Shown here: positions 39,647 through 52,800 of the stretch, one piece after another
Numbering within the stretch: the stretch's first letter is position 1
Layout of the letters: every line of letters begins with the position of its first letter
Source: Leptogorgia sarmentosa
Taxonomy: Eukaryota
DNA: 64,000 nucleotides
Assembly (NCBI GenBank): GCA_964658305.1
Contig: OZ210885.1
Coordinates: 1,860,001-1,924,000, forward strand
Direction: 5' to 3'
Notes under the pieces: generated by a model
Database searches by the model: none
What the model saw: the letters and a program-made list of their open reading frames with translations, nothing else
What the model was told of the DNA's origin: nothing
Made by a program: the position numbers and the translations under genes

Positions 39647-40126
39647 CTTATTTGCCACCATTTTCCAATCGAGCAAAGTTCTAGGTCTAGTTGATGTTTG
39701 AAAGGACAACAAGTTATACTAGCTGAGCGAGCCAAATATATTTAAAGATGCCTCAATTATTTATAATTGTGCAGATGCAATAGGCGCCATGTTGTTTATT
39801 TCGTTTCTCTAAAACAAGTGACTACATGCACGCAGTCCTCTCAGCTCGATTCTCAATTGCATGTACATGTGATTCAAACTCCAATCTCGATCCCAGACCA
39901 TGCCCATTCGCGGGTTAGGTGCGGGCATAGTTCTGGGGAGATCGAATTGAATACGTATAATTTCATACGTCCTCAATGGGCATGGTTTATTATATACCAA
40001 CTAGGAATCCAAAAAAATATTTTTTATGGTTTTGAATAAATGCCCTGCACTTATTATGTGTGATCTGCAAACTTATTATGTTTGATGTTTATCAACACTG
40101 ATCTTAATAAAAATTCTGTACTCCAG

Positions 40127-43032
40127 GTTTCAGGCTGAATACGACAGTTTTTAAAGATACTGTCGTTTCTCAGCGGATAGATTGCATCCTGGAATGTGCC
40201 ACTGAACTATGCTGTAGATCGATCAACTTCAAAAAGACTTTCAAGAATGAATCAAATTGTGAAATGTTGCATGACGTGCTCTTCAATACATCTGCAGCAT
40301 TGCTGGAGACAAACTCCTCTTATGATCATGTTCATCTTGTTAATCCACAAAAGGTAAGGATATTCAGAGCGTATTGATTATACCACTCCGTGATAAAGAT
40401 TGAATATTGGACAAAAATACATATCACTGGAAAAAAATAAACAAAATCCATACAATGGAAATTGTATGGACCTTGAATATAGAATGGATTTTGAATATTC
40501 ATAATAATTGCACATTTCCATAGTATTGAAAATAATGGATATACCATGGAAGTCACGGTTTCACAGCGTGGATATAGTATGCAAATCACAATTTAGTCAT
40601 GCGCTAAGCGTATTTACAATTTAGCATGGATATAGTGTGGGTTTAGCGTAGGTATACTTATGTATTTTGCATGAATAATTTATATATTGCATTTATGATG
40701 AATATTATACAAATAATGAATGTTTATGAGTGCAATATTTTCATGAGGTGAAAGATGGAACTCTTTGGAAATGGAACTTTCTATGAATTAAAATGATCAT
40801 AATTACCATTATCATGATCCTGTAATCCTGCTCTAGATCTATAATGCAAGTTGCTTGCCGAAAACTTTGGAAAAGAATTTTCAAGGTAATATTTTGTAAC
40901 TGTATATTTACATATAATTATATATAATCGAAAATCACATGAAATTTAGTTTAAAAAATGTGACGTAATTAATTTATTGAATGGCCCGTTGACATTTTGT
41001 TCCAAAATAAAATGTTTATACGCATCCACAGGCACAAATGTTGTTTAAAAAAGTGTTATTTTTATTGATTTACAAACTTAATTTGACCCAAAAAAATTAT
41101 ACAACAACAATGGCGCAGGTACAGTACTGTGCAAAAGTTATAGGCACCTCGTAAATAACCATTTGATGCCATCTTATTGTAAACTTATACGATGCAAAAG
41201 TTATAGGCACTTCGTGAAAAAGCATTTGACTGGCTCTTATTGTAAACTGGCGTCAAATGCTTTTTCACGAGGTGCCTATAACTTTTGCACAGTACTGTAT
41301 ATCAACACAGCGTGAGCCAATTACGTTCTTGCCCTGGTTCTACAGACAGCAGTGTTACAAAAACGGTGATTTTTCGCCATGTTCAACGGCCCGGAAACGG
41401 GAAGAGCTGGTCGATTGTTATGCACTCATTTCTGTTCTGGTCTATAAAATACGTCCGAATACGAAATTCGGGAATGGATTGGATGTGAAATTACAGGGTC
41501 CAACGTAAAGCGTATACCACAGATGTCTTGCAGTTTTTAGCCTGCGTTTACAGTGGCTGTCTATGGTGGCATTGAATCGACATTTTTTAATGATAAAAAT
41601 TGCACTTTGATACACGAGCCCAATAGGAAAACTCTACGTAATCCTCTAAGCTTAATTTATACGTTTGCTTTCTAGTTCCTATTAGTTGCAAACATATTCA
41701 GGCAAATGGTACAACACAAGACGGAGAATTCGAGTTATACGTAAAATGGCCGAACAATACAAGACCTGCAAAAATATACTGTGCTGATATGGATACTGAA
41801 AACCCAGCGGAATATATTACGTTGCCTGCAGGAGAAATAAATAATTACGCCCGTCATTTCAATAAGCATGAAAAAGATGTGAAGGAAGAAACGTATTTCA
41901 GAAAGGTATGGTTGTAATCTTAGAATAACTGTTATGTAGACAAGTGTCAATGTATCATGATAAAAGTTAAAGCCAGTTGTAGCTTAAAGCTACTATATAC
42001 ATTTTTTTTACTATAAACTATACGACTGCAATTTTTTCCATAACTTTTTCGATTATATTCCATAGCATCCATCGTATGTGCAGTATTCGTGGCCGTCATT
42101 ATTGCTCGTAATACACACCGTGAGAAACCCTGCAATTTCCTGTTCGACTCGCACCTTTACCAATGATATGACGAAATTCATCCACCGCTGTTAACCAATC
42201 AAAACTCTTGAATTATTTCATTTAAATAATAATAGCTATTATTAAGTTAAATTATTCACTCACACACAGTATGTAATTAATGTTTAGTTCGCACAATTCT
42301 TGAAAATTTTTAAAGGTGCCCTCCACTCATAATGTAAACAAATGCTTTGTTGACATTTTGAACAGCTATATTTGTAAAATATGATAATACTAACAGCATA
42401 TCTAACGCTGTTTTGGTTTGCTATGGTCATAAATGGATATAAACCAGAGTTTTGATTCAAAAAAAGTTCGGAACATTACAAAATTTTTGCAATGTTATAT
42501 CTGCGGGTCCCGATTTGTTATGAGCAGAACCGATGCGCAGAACGGAGTGGACATCACCTTTAACTATATCAACGTCAGAAAAATTAACTTTTAGTATAGT
42601 GATGAAATCGCACTAGCACGAGTTTTCAACAAATCCGATTGACTCAAAATGATTAAAATAAAACTTTTATTCTGTACGTTTTCTCCACTACAGGTGCGTA
42701 TTTTGTTGGAGAACATGACAATTGGTCTTGATGATTACAAGTTCGCCTCCACCAATGCGCCAGGAGTTTTTCATCAATTTGCAAGTGCTGGTGATTGTGT
42801 TTCCACAACCTGCGATGCCTCATCTCGAACTGGAAAGTTCCAGGTTGATCTTTCTGGAACGACATTTCGTATGCTGGAGCCGATAAAATATCGATTCAGA
42901 AATTTTCCAAAGTGCACTAGAAAGGTTTTTGATCCAGTAATGGAGGGAAACCGTCAGCGTTGGTCTGGAAAGTGTGGAGGTTTTTGTGGTAATTGTTCAC
43001 CAGTTACAGTCTACCTTGAAATTACTGAATAA
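40127..43032 (+). CDS. PAN-short linker-GON domain protein, copy 4 (first/signal exon not identified)
   Basis: Exons 40127-40353 (PAN: DCILECATELCCRSINF...NCEML; absent from the ORF track), 40837-40885 (49 nt, IYNASCLPKTLEKNFQ, phase 0 to 1), 41676-41905 (PISCKHIQ..DGEFELY..IYCADM..PAEYITL) and 42694-43032. AATAAA at ~43143. Confidence 0.75.
41122..41297. mobile_element. Tc1/mariner-type MITE
   Basis: TA|cagtactgtgcaaaagttataggcacctcgt ... acgaggtgcctataacttttgcacagtactg|TA: 31 bp perfect TIRs and TA target duplication; the left arm is internally duplicated. Confidence 0.85.
42314..42559. mobile_element. TTAA-flanked non-autonomous DNA transposon (Kolobok/piggyBac-style)
   Basis: TTAA|aggtgccctccactc ... 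gagtggacatcacct|TTAA, imperfect TIRs. Confidence 0.6.
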
Positions 43033-44638
43033 ATTCAAAACTAACTAGAAAATAATTTATTACGCATGGTGACTGGGTCATATGAAAATGACTTACGGTG
43101 CTGGAATACAAATAATTTTCATTTTATGTCATAATGATTAGGAATAAAAAAATAAGCTCGTATAAAGTGTCCATTGCGAATCCCGCTCGGCAATTTGGTC
43201 ATCCTATGCAAAATATCTCTGCGTTCAAATTCCTTGAAAATCATCATAAATAATTTCAAAAGGAATAATGGACTGATTTAAAATTTGGAGAAGATCACAA
43301 TTTCTTTTTTAGGTCGCCTTCACTACTGTATCATGCATGTTTTATATTGCATAGTGCATATAAATCATCATCAGATGAGCCAAGAACATGGAAATCAGTG
43401 TGTCTCAAATGTAATTCTGCACGTATACTTAGAGACACCTTATCGTGTTGCAACTGAAATATTTTTTGTTTATCGGGCCCACCATGTAATTGGCTTTATC
43501 AGCTGCTGTGGTTTAACCCGGCCATATAAACATGTAATTTTTTATAGTCAATGTAGACTACACTATTCAACATGGCTAGAAATATGCGACATGCAGTATT
43601 ACGCAATGGGCATTCGGACTTTCAAAATGCTCGTAAATTTATAGTATGCAGCAACGCAAAATAGTATGTTTTCTTACATGCGAAGTATAAACATGGTAAA
43701 TCGACTTGTAGCGAATCGAAAAAGCAAAATATTGTGATATTTAGAAGCCGATAAACCTTGTCCCCGAGCGATTCAAACGTATCCATGGATTGTAGCGTAT
43801 TAGCCGCCATTAATCATCAATTCTTATATACTTCACTGAAAGAGAGCGGTGTTTTAGGATACATGAAATACAAATTCCAACATGCGAAGCTTGATTTGTC
43901 AAGATGGGGTTTCGGCGGCTTCAACTAATATAAAACCTATAAAAGGTTACGTATCTTTCCCTTGTCCAGCTTTACGTTTATGTTCGATAGTTATGGATAT
44001 TTCAAGCAAAGCGAAGCACTTTGCCGAACATAAACGTAAAGCTGAACATCTATATTCGCGAACATCCATGCCTGACGTCACAAGAGGGTCAACGCAATTT
44101 ATTTTAATTTGAATCAGACGTTATTGTGCGCCTGTAACTTAATATTTGTATAGTTATTTAATTTCGACATTCTTACAAATATCTAAATCATGTTTGGTTT
44201 CAACCAGGCTGCTCTACATTTTTTAGTTTTACGATATTTATCCCGCTAGTGACGTCATATTAATGAGGTAAAGTTAAATTTAAGATGGCGCAGCCTGACT
44301 GTTTGGTGTCGAAATATTTCAAGAATAAAACAAGATATGTTAAATCTGATTTGTGAATTACGAATTTATTTTTTATCTGTCAATTAATACTTACGTCACA
44401 ATGTCTTACAGTATACCTATATACGTATAAAGCAGTTTAGTTCAGATACATTATTATAAAACGGTCATTGTTATAATAATAATAATTGCAATGCAATTAC
44501 ACTAGTATTATTATTCATACTAAAAAATTACCTCAAATCTGTCATAAATCCCAAGGTCTTTGTCACATAATATATATATCAATTCTGATTTTCGATCAAT
44601 ATTGAACGTTTTCAACTGAGACCAACAAATGTTAATTA

Positions 44639-47600
44639 TCATTCACATCTGAATCGAATACCTGCTCGAATCCACTTTTGCGAGCAAATGTCTCGTTTTT
44701 CATTCTTTTGTTCGAGATACACTGGATTTTCACTTTCATATATTCCAATCCTTGGGTCTCTGAGATAAACTCTTGGTTTGAAAGAAAAAACTTCAAGTAC
44801 AGTTGTAGAAATCTGACTTTTAAAGTCCTTTGTTGCAGGATCGGTGTCGGTGAAATGCCCTGCAGCATGCAAAGGAACGACATTAACCGTCACGTCAAGG
44901 TTTTCTTGTGTTGGACATCTATATTCAACACACACCTCGGAACTAGATTCCCTCATCGTAATGATAATCCGTCCTGCGGCAACATTTCCAACGAGACTTT
45001 CGACCGCAAAAGAAGCTTTATTACTGTCACAATTATTGATGTTTTCCACTGCAATTTTTACGTAGCATACCTTAGATTCTTCTTTGTTTGGATACCAAAT
45101 TTCGCCCAAATCTTCCTGGAACTCCTCAACTAACTCATCATATTTGGGCAACTCGAAAATGAAGCTATTTTCGTTAGGGCTTCTTTGGCAAGAATCTAAG
45201 TCGTCAAAGAAAGGCGATGGACTAGGACTCAATGGACGAGTTAACTTTTCCATTGTTATTCTATTACTAAATCGATCAGCCAATCCCTCCGCACGATAAT
45301 ATTCTATTTTGTGTTTAGACTTTACGTCATTATCAATTCCGGTTTCTTTTGGAAGTAGATATTCTTTACTACGTTGAACTTGCATAATTGCTTCGTTTTC
45401 GGTACAATAAGTTTCAATGCATGTTGGTTCACCGCGAATCGTTTTCTCTTGATATCTTTTCAAGCTGCCTTTCGTTGTTAATAAAGTCATTATAGCTGCA
45501 TAGTCTCCTGAATCGTCGTTGTCAACTCGAACTTTTAGGTAGCATCTTTCATTTATTACTACGTCCAGATTAATATTCTTCACGTACATATATAAATCTG
45601 AAACAATTTTTCCATAGTAGAACCGTCTATTTGACCTTCGTGACCTTCTTGTTTCATGTTGTTTGAAACCTTCGTCCATAACCCGCCACCTTCCAGTCTT
45701 TTCGTCCATGTACCAAAGCTTTATCTTCTCTGCCTCTTTTTCAGTAATGTTGTACTCGTCCAAATCAAGTAACACATCAATATCTGCCTTAGGCTGCAAA
45801 CGTCTGCCAGCTTTATCCCTAAAATCGACTTTTATCACACCAAATGTTTCTAGCGGTTGTTGCTCTCCATCTTCATCAACTGTTGTGAAGTCTCCATCGG
45901 CTTCCTCCACTTCTGTTGCGTTTCGTGGATCTGTGAAACTAACTTCAACCTCCGTCTCTCCATTGTAAACTGTCCCGTCTTCTGTCATCAAACTTTCAGG
46001 TGGTAGAGCAAGAGAAACAGCCGGGGCCGAGACTGTTGCATCTTCTGTTTCTCCGGCGCTTTTTCTATTGGATGATCCTAAATTTCCCAACGGAATTTCA
46101 AAGCCTTCTTTGGCATTAACTGTAATAGGCTTGGGTCGCAACTTCATCCGTGCCTCCACGTACGTTTCTCGACCTGGAATTATTGGGATGACTTTTGTTA
46201 GTTCCTGAAAATTATTATAACCACGTTTGTCCTTAAAAGTCACGACGAGGCGAGATATATCACCGGGAACTTTAAACGAAAATTCGCCCTTTCTGCCAGT
46301 GCGGGACAGGTATTCATCTCCTCGATAAATATATCCATACTTAAAAGGAAGATTGTCCGGTCCTCCTCTTGCTACTCCTTTAATAATGGATTGTCTCGCA
46401 ATGCAATTCTTGCAACCGCATCTTGTCACTTGTGTCATATCAAACGAGTACCGTTTGCAGTCGATCTTAATTTTCCTTGTGGCTACTGGTTGGCAGCAAA
46501 AATTGTCTTTACAGTTACTTAAACTCATCAGCCCACGTGAAATGCATTTCTTATTGTCACATTTACCCACATCGACAGTAACCGAGTTTTTCTCTTTCTC
46601 GGTACAACCTTGCGGCAGTGTGATTATTCGCTTAGTTGGCGTGGGAACACAGCTGTCGTCAGTGCCACCTGCACGAGAAAAATCATTAAAACTACTTAAT
46701 TTAACTAAATTTGATTCATAGGATTGTAAACATAGTGGTATTTTTCATGGGCATGCCAGAAACCAACACTTTTCTTCGAAAATTATAGCGTGGGAGCTAC
46801 AGTAGCTGTGTGTTAAAATAATGTTTGCTCCTAATCTATTTTGATGGCTGAAGTAAGCATACAGTAAATACATAATCTCCCTGGCAGTAACCGCGATTAT
46901 GAGTCTGTCAACTATTACTCATTTGTGTAATGAGTACTGTACTGATCTAAAATCATGCGCAAACAACGACAGTAGTGGAAGTTCTTTCAATTTCAGTGTC
47001 ATTTTTATTTTTGCCTTTATTCCAGTTTTATCCACATTAGCCAAAATAAAAGGAATCTTGTCAAAATTCTTTTTCGCCGTCAACTAAGTTTGAATTTTTC
47101 GAATATTCTATGTTATTGGTTACTCGTATACAAATTTTATTGTAGAGGATTGATGAGTCACCCCCCATAATCTGGTGGTCACAGCAGTGCAATGGCTTCG
47201 AACAGGCGTAGATCACAACCTGCACGGGCCTTTATAGTAAATAGATCTTTCAAATGTTTATGGTCACAATTCTCACATGTTTGTATGTTTTCCACTTGTG
47301 ATCAAGCCACCCCAACCTACCCACCAGATATTTTTCACATCGCGCAAAATACCATAAAAAGAAAATAGAATTCCTCGAGTGATTATTCAGGCAATCTTAT
47401 ATCCCCCTTCTTAATAGGGGGCAAGCCAAAACAAAAGAATACACAAATTAAGTGCACTTACTAAGAACAGTAATAGTTGCTGGATCCGAAAATTCTGCTG
47501 CATGATCGTTATATACTCTGCATTTTATTTCACCGCTCATATTCCTAGATACCCGAGGTATGACCAGTTTGCTACGATGCAATTCGTCAAGCTGGTAATC

Positions 47601-49815
47601 ATCTGCTGCACGACCATTGATAACCCTTCAATTTAAAAAGGCAGATAATCAATAATAATATTGTATAAGTTACTTTCTACAGCAACATTCTATTCATATC
47701 ACAACTTAACCAAGCACCACATTGTTGCTTAAATTATAAAACGACTGCTAGTTTTAAAATATACCATTTTGAGCAGGTAGGTGGTAGCTAGTAGTCGTTT
47801 GTATGGCCTGATTGTTTCGTAAAAAAGTATTGATATAGCAATTCAAACTTCAATTGTTATAAGAGTAATATTATTGTTATATTATTTAATAATTTATAGC
47901 TCGTAATTATTTGTTATAAGAGTTATTTTAAATGAATATTCTCACTGAATGGTGAACATTCACTAATGTGCTAAAGTTCTGCATATTTTGAAATTAAAAA
48001 TCAAACATTTTGTATTTTGTTTTTTCTACACGGCAGCTCATATTCATATAAATCTTGTTTTCACGAGATGTAGGAATTCACAAATCAACGCATACTCTAT
48101 AATGAATTTATTCGTGAGTTTGTTTGCAGTTGTCTCGTGGCAGGGGGGCTGGGTGGGGCAGGATCCCCCCCCCCAGAATTTAAGGCTTGTTGGAATTTTT
48201 GGAAATTTAGTAGTTGACGGAAAAACTAGTCAATCATCTTCTCCAAAGTATTGCTTTTGTTTGATGATTTTAGGTCACGTGCCAGTCCACCTCGTATTTT
48301 TATATAGCATCCACTTCTGATACGATCATGAAATAGCCGTTTCTGGAGTTTTAAATGTCATTAAATGTTCAAAATTTTGCCTTTCATTCATTCTTCTTAG
48401 ACAGTCAGTCATTATTCTATAAAAATAGTTTTAAACTTACCATTCAAATTCATTATTTGTACTTGGTGAACGTTCACAACACAGAGTCATTGGTTGACCT
48501 TCCAAACGAAGCTTACTTTCTGGATGGTCTGTTATTTCAGGAAAAGCTGCAAAGAGTAGATATAAATGGTATAATTTATGTGTTTATGCACTCGTCTTCC
48601 TCCCTATATGTAAATCTATTAAATTTACTTTATTTATACGAGACAATTTTTAAAGAGGTGTTTAACCATACAGAACAGTTTTCATTTCCGCTCAGAGACC
48701 GGTCGACAGTTACAGAAGTGATAGAAAGCATTTTTCAACAACTATTGCTTACGTTTTGGCCTACTTTGCAGAATTAATTTTGCTATTATTATTAATTTAC
48801 CGTATGGGAAAAAATCTGGATTCTAATGGGAACGAATTCGAGAAAAACTTACATATTTTATTTAACATTGCTGTTACAGTTGCCGTCGTAGGGTTTATTT
48901 TGGTCGTCTTTATGGTCTGCGGAATATAGCCATCTCTGCTTACTATGATATCTTCATCGGATAAACACATTCCCTTCAAGACGAATTTTCCGGTGATGCT
49001 TGTCGTTGCCAATATTTTATAAGGAAACTCCGCCAGAGCAATTGATGCATTGAACAAAAGAACGCCAGAGTTGTCTTTCACAACGCCAGTGAGTGTGTTA
49101 TCATCGCAGATACAGGCATCGCAGGCACTGTTTAGCCTTCCGGTCTTGCAAGGCTTACTGCAATCTGTATAGAATGATTAATTTGTTCAAACGTTTTTGT
49201 TACAACATGGCAACCTTTAAGACACACACTTTCGGGAGGCATTTGTCAGTAAACGCGAAAGCGAGCTTTATTGCAAAGCCGTAATAATATAATATCAATT
49301 GCGATTATATCTTGTATATATAACGAATAAATAAATAGAGATGGCAGAAAATAAATTTTTAAGCTAGTTTTTCAATTTTTATGAGGTACCGTGCTGTTAC
49401 TATAGCTGCAGTAAAATAGAGTAATTCTTGCTGTACTGATTAGGTTCAGGGATCTGTGGCGTCGCCGCACTCGATAATGGGAGGGAACATATTCATGTTT
49501 ACAGACCGTAAAAACAGTTGACTTCAAAAGAAATTCATTGAATGCATGCAGTAAGAACCGTCATATTAATGGCTGAGCAGATGTGTATCTACTTTCACGG
49601 CCATACAATTCATTTTGAAATTAATAGTACATGCTTTTTACCAGGACACTTCCATGTTGCGCAGGTTCGAGTTTTCAAAGATTTTCCAGGACATTTCGAG
49701 TCTTCACTGAGGATTAAATTCATTCCAACGCACTTTCTTCGTCGAGTTTGGATTCCAGTGTTGCATGAGACGGTGCAATCTGACCATCCACCCCATCGAG
49801 ACCATGATGCTGGCA
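44639..49815 (-). CDS. CILP-like portion: TSP1, Cys-rich segment plus carboxypeptidase-regulatory-like sandwich, Ig, and CILP central/C-terminal region
   Basis: TSP1 WSRWGGWSDCTVSCNTGIQTRRRKC; DCSKPCKTGRLNSACDACIC; CCQPV..I.C..Y....VTRCGC; SRLVVTFKD; FTDPRN...ADGDFTTVDEDGEQQPLETFGV; KIKLWYMDEKTGRW; polybasic RRSRRSNRR; NLDV...RCYLKVR. This motif order matches what I know of CILP1/2. Confidence 0.85.
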
Positions 49816-52800
49816 CTAGAAGAAAATAACATATTTTAACATTTAGGATATATTCTATGGATAATCTTTGTTAAATTATTGCAACTATTGATCATGAATC
49901 AATTAGAAAGGTCGTCGAACTTTGCCAAATTTTATGTGTGATGTTGAGAGTTGACGAAAACTCAGTAAGTTCTTAGCTATAGTCTAAGCAAATGTTGAGG
50001 CAACTGAGTGTATCGCAAAATGCGCGTTCAATGTTTTGAGATTTTTGGAAGAACAATTTCACATATTAAGCACTATTGAAAACGCTCTTTATTCTTTCAT
50101 ATTACACTATAACTTGCTGCTGTGTAGGGTGTGATGGTATTTCTGGAGTCAACTAGACTTCGAAACTTCAAATCTTGTTGTATTCGATTAGGGCAATGCA
50201 TGATTGCTTGTGCCTATACTGCACTTCGACCATTAATTCGGCTTTCTGTCTCACCGTTGCATTTTGGTCTTGAAGCATTCCATTTTCCATTTTCGGTACA
50301 TCTAATAGCTTTCTCTCCCATCAAAACGTAATTTTCATTACATTCAAAACGTATTTCATTCCCTTCTAAAGTTCCACTTCCGATTACTTTACCGTCTTTA
50401 ATTGAATATATTTTTTTGCAAACAGCTATAAAAAAAATTCAAAGGAATGTTATATTAGTTAAGGTTTGGCATATCGAAAACTGTACGTAATTTCAAAATA
50501 CACACCCAAGCAATACGGTAATGATTCACCATAATCTGACCACTTTCCATCATCACATTTTGCGCTAGACGCTCCAATCAGCCGATGTACAGGTTCCTCA
50601 TTGCACGCGAAAAGGATGATGGAACCATGTGTTCGATTTCGACCTTCCACAAAACCTCTAGAAATTTTTGGTACGTTTTGACATGGCGCTATAAACGAAG
50701 AGTCATTTGTTAAAAAATAATTCGAATATTTTAACGATTACTTCATTATACAAAATCGCCCCCACGCCTTAAAAATGTTATAATAAATGCTCTTTTCTCA
50801 ATTGGGAAATATAGGAGAATCTGTCTTTGTTTTTGTTGCTAACTTATTGGTATTATAGGCATCACGAATCCGATAAATAAACAATTTTCACCTCTGCTCT
50901 ACAGAATTACTAGTCACCGCTGTACCTGGTCCAAATTATTTGCGTCAAATTGTGGACTCACATTTGCGGCTTTTGACGGCTCTGGCAATTTAATTGCATG
51001 ATAAAGAAACTCAAAGATTTGGAAAGCTAAAAAACATACATAAAGTTGGTTTCGTTCCTACCTTTACATGATGGAATTTTTCCTTTCCAGCGACCTTTTT
51101 CGCAAGTTAATTTTTTTGAAGTCTTTGGAATTAAAACATAATCCTTTGGGCAGACAAATTCAGCTTCTTGGCCACTGTAAAAATCAGTCCCCACTATTCT
51201 TGCATTTGTTCGGTTAGACAGATCAAAACATTTTTCTGTGAAGAAATTGGGACATTAGAAAATAGTAGCCCAAAATGTTAATCAAAATGTAGGACTTTAC
51301 TTTAGGGAAATATGTTAATAAAAAAATCGCAAAAAGCTTAGTCTTTCGCCACCGAACAAACACTCCCATATGTGATTACCCTAGCATGCATGGAGATTCA
51401 AAATTCTTATTAGTGACTTGAACCGCAGAGTTTTCCATAATGGTGTACCTTGGCATTTTGGTATCGAAGCATTCCATTCTCCGTTCTCTGTACATTGAAG
51501 AACTTTTTGTCCAACAATCGCGTGGTTTTCATCGCAAATAAAAGTGATTTCATCCCCTTCCAGCTTTCCATTTCCAATCACACGACCATTCTGAATTGTT
51601 GAAATTTCTCTACACGTGGCTAGTAAATAAACAATTAACTGAATCAACATAGTTATTTACTCAGATCTGAAATAAAATACAGTTCTACTTCATTCTCACC
51701 AAAATTGAGGGGCGCCAAAAAACACAAGATACAGTACGATATATCCCATCGTTATAAAAAGATTGGTTTACCATAAAAATCATTTCATAGTACACATCTA
51801 ACATTCTACCCCGCCGATTCTATTTACAATCCAATGGTGCATCTGCTCAATTTTTTTAGTGCATAAAATTACGAAATTTATTCCCTAAACTAACAACTGC
51901 AAACGCGTAAATTTGCGAAAAAATCAGTTAGCGTAATTGTTTATTAATCGATTTGTGTTGTAAAACTCTAGCGTGGGAATGTGTTCGCGCAGTCGTTATT
52001 ACTACTATACTATAAGGTTCATGTAACTTTTACAAAACTGACAAATTTCGTGAGAATTAAAATCCAGTGTGTAAATGCAAGAAATGATAACTTATATACC
52101 AACCCAAACATTGTGGCCCAGGTTGCGACCACCTTCCATCATTACACCAAGCACTTGACGCACCAGAAAGCTGGAAACCATTATTGCACGTGAACTGAAT
52201 GAATGCACCATGTTTTCGACCTGTACCCTTTATTGTACCTTTTGGTATTTGTGTGAATGGTGGACACGAAACTGCAAACAAAGATGAATTAAAAATTTAA
52301 ATAATATGCTTGGTTGAAAAAGTCATACTCATCACATTATCAAGGTGACATAGAATTAATAATGTTGAAAAACATCGAGATCTTCAATCCGGTCCTATGC
52401 GAAAGGATTAACACTGGATTAACATTCAACATGCCGAACCTAGACACAACTTTGCTACTGTCATTTTTCTGTCCCAGAAACAGTTTGCATATAGCAAAAT
52501 TGTTTTTTAAACGATGGTTAGGGCATCTAATAGGGACAGAGGTTGTGTCAGTTTAGTTTTAAGGTTATAAATTAGGTTTCGGCATTAGTAAAAAAGAATT
52601 TAGCTTCATAAATCACGTGACTCAAAAAATGGGAAATTTTTTAAGGCAGTCCAAACGAACATTCTAAGAAGAAAAAGGTGACATTCAATGCAGTGTAAAA
52701 GTGGATTCCTTGCAGTTGCAGGATGAAAGCAATTTGAATGACTTTGCAATCGTAATCTCTTCACCGAAAAGTTCTTCTACCTTTACATCTTGGTATTATC

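Noticed and set aside
39767..40039. Candidate first exon for GON copy 4
   Set aside because: No signal-peptide frame with a clear phase-1 donor. The region holds a fragment shared with 32887-32930 and a small hairpin element (~39883-39945).
44678..46721. Several + strand ORFs of 70-150 aa
   Set aside because: Antisense shadows of the long CILP-like exon.
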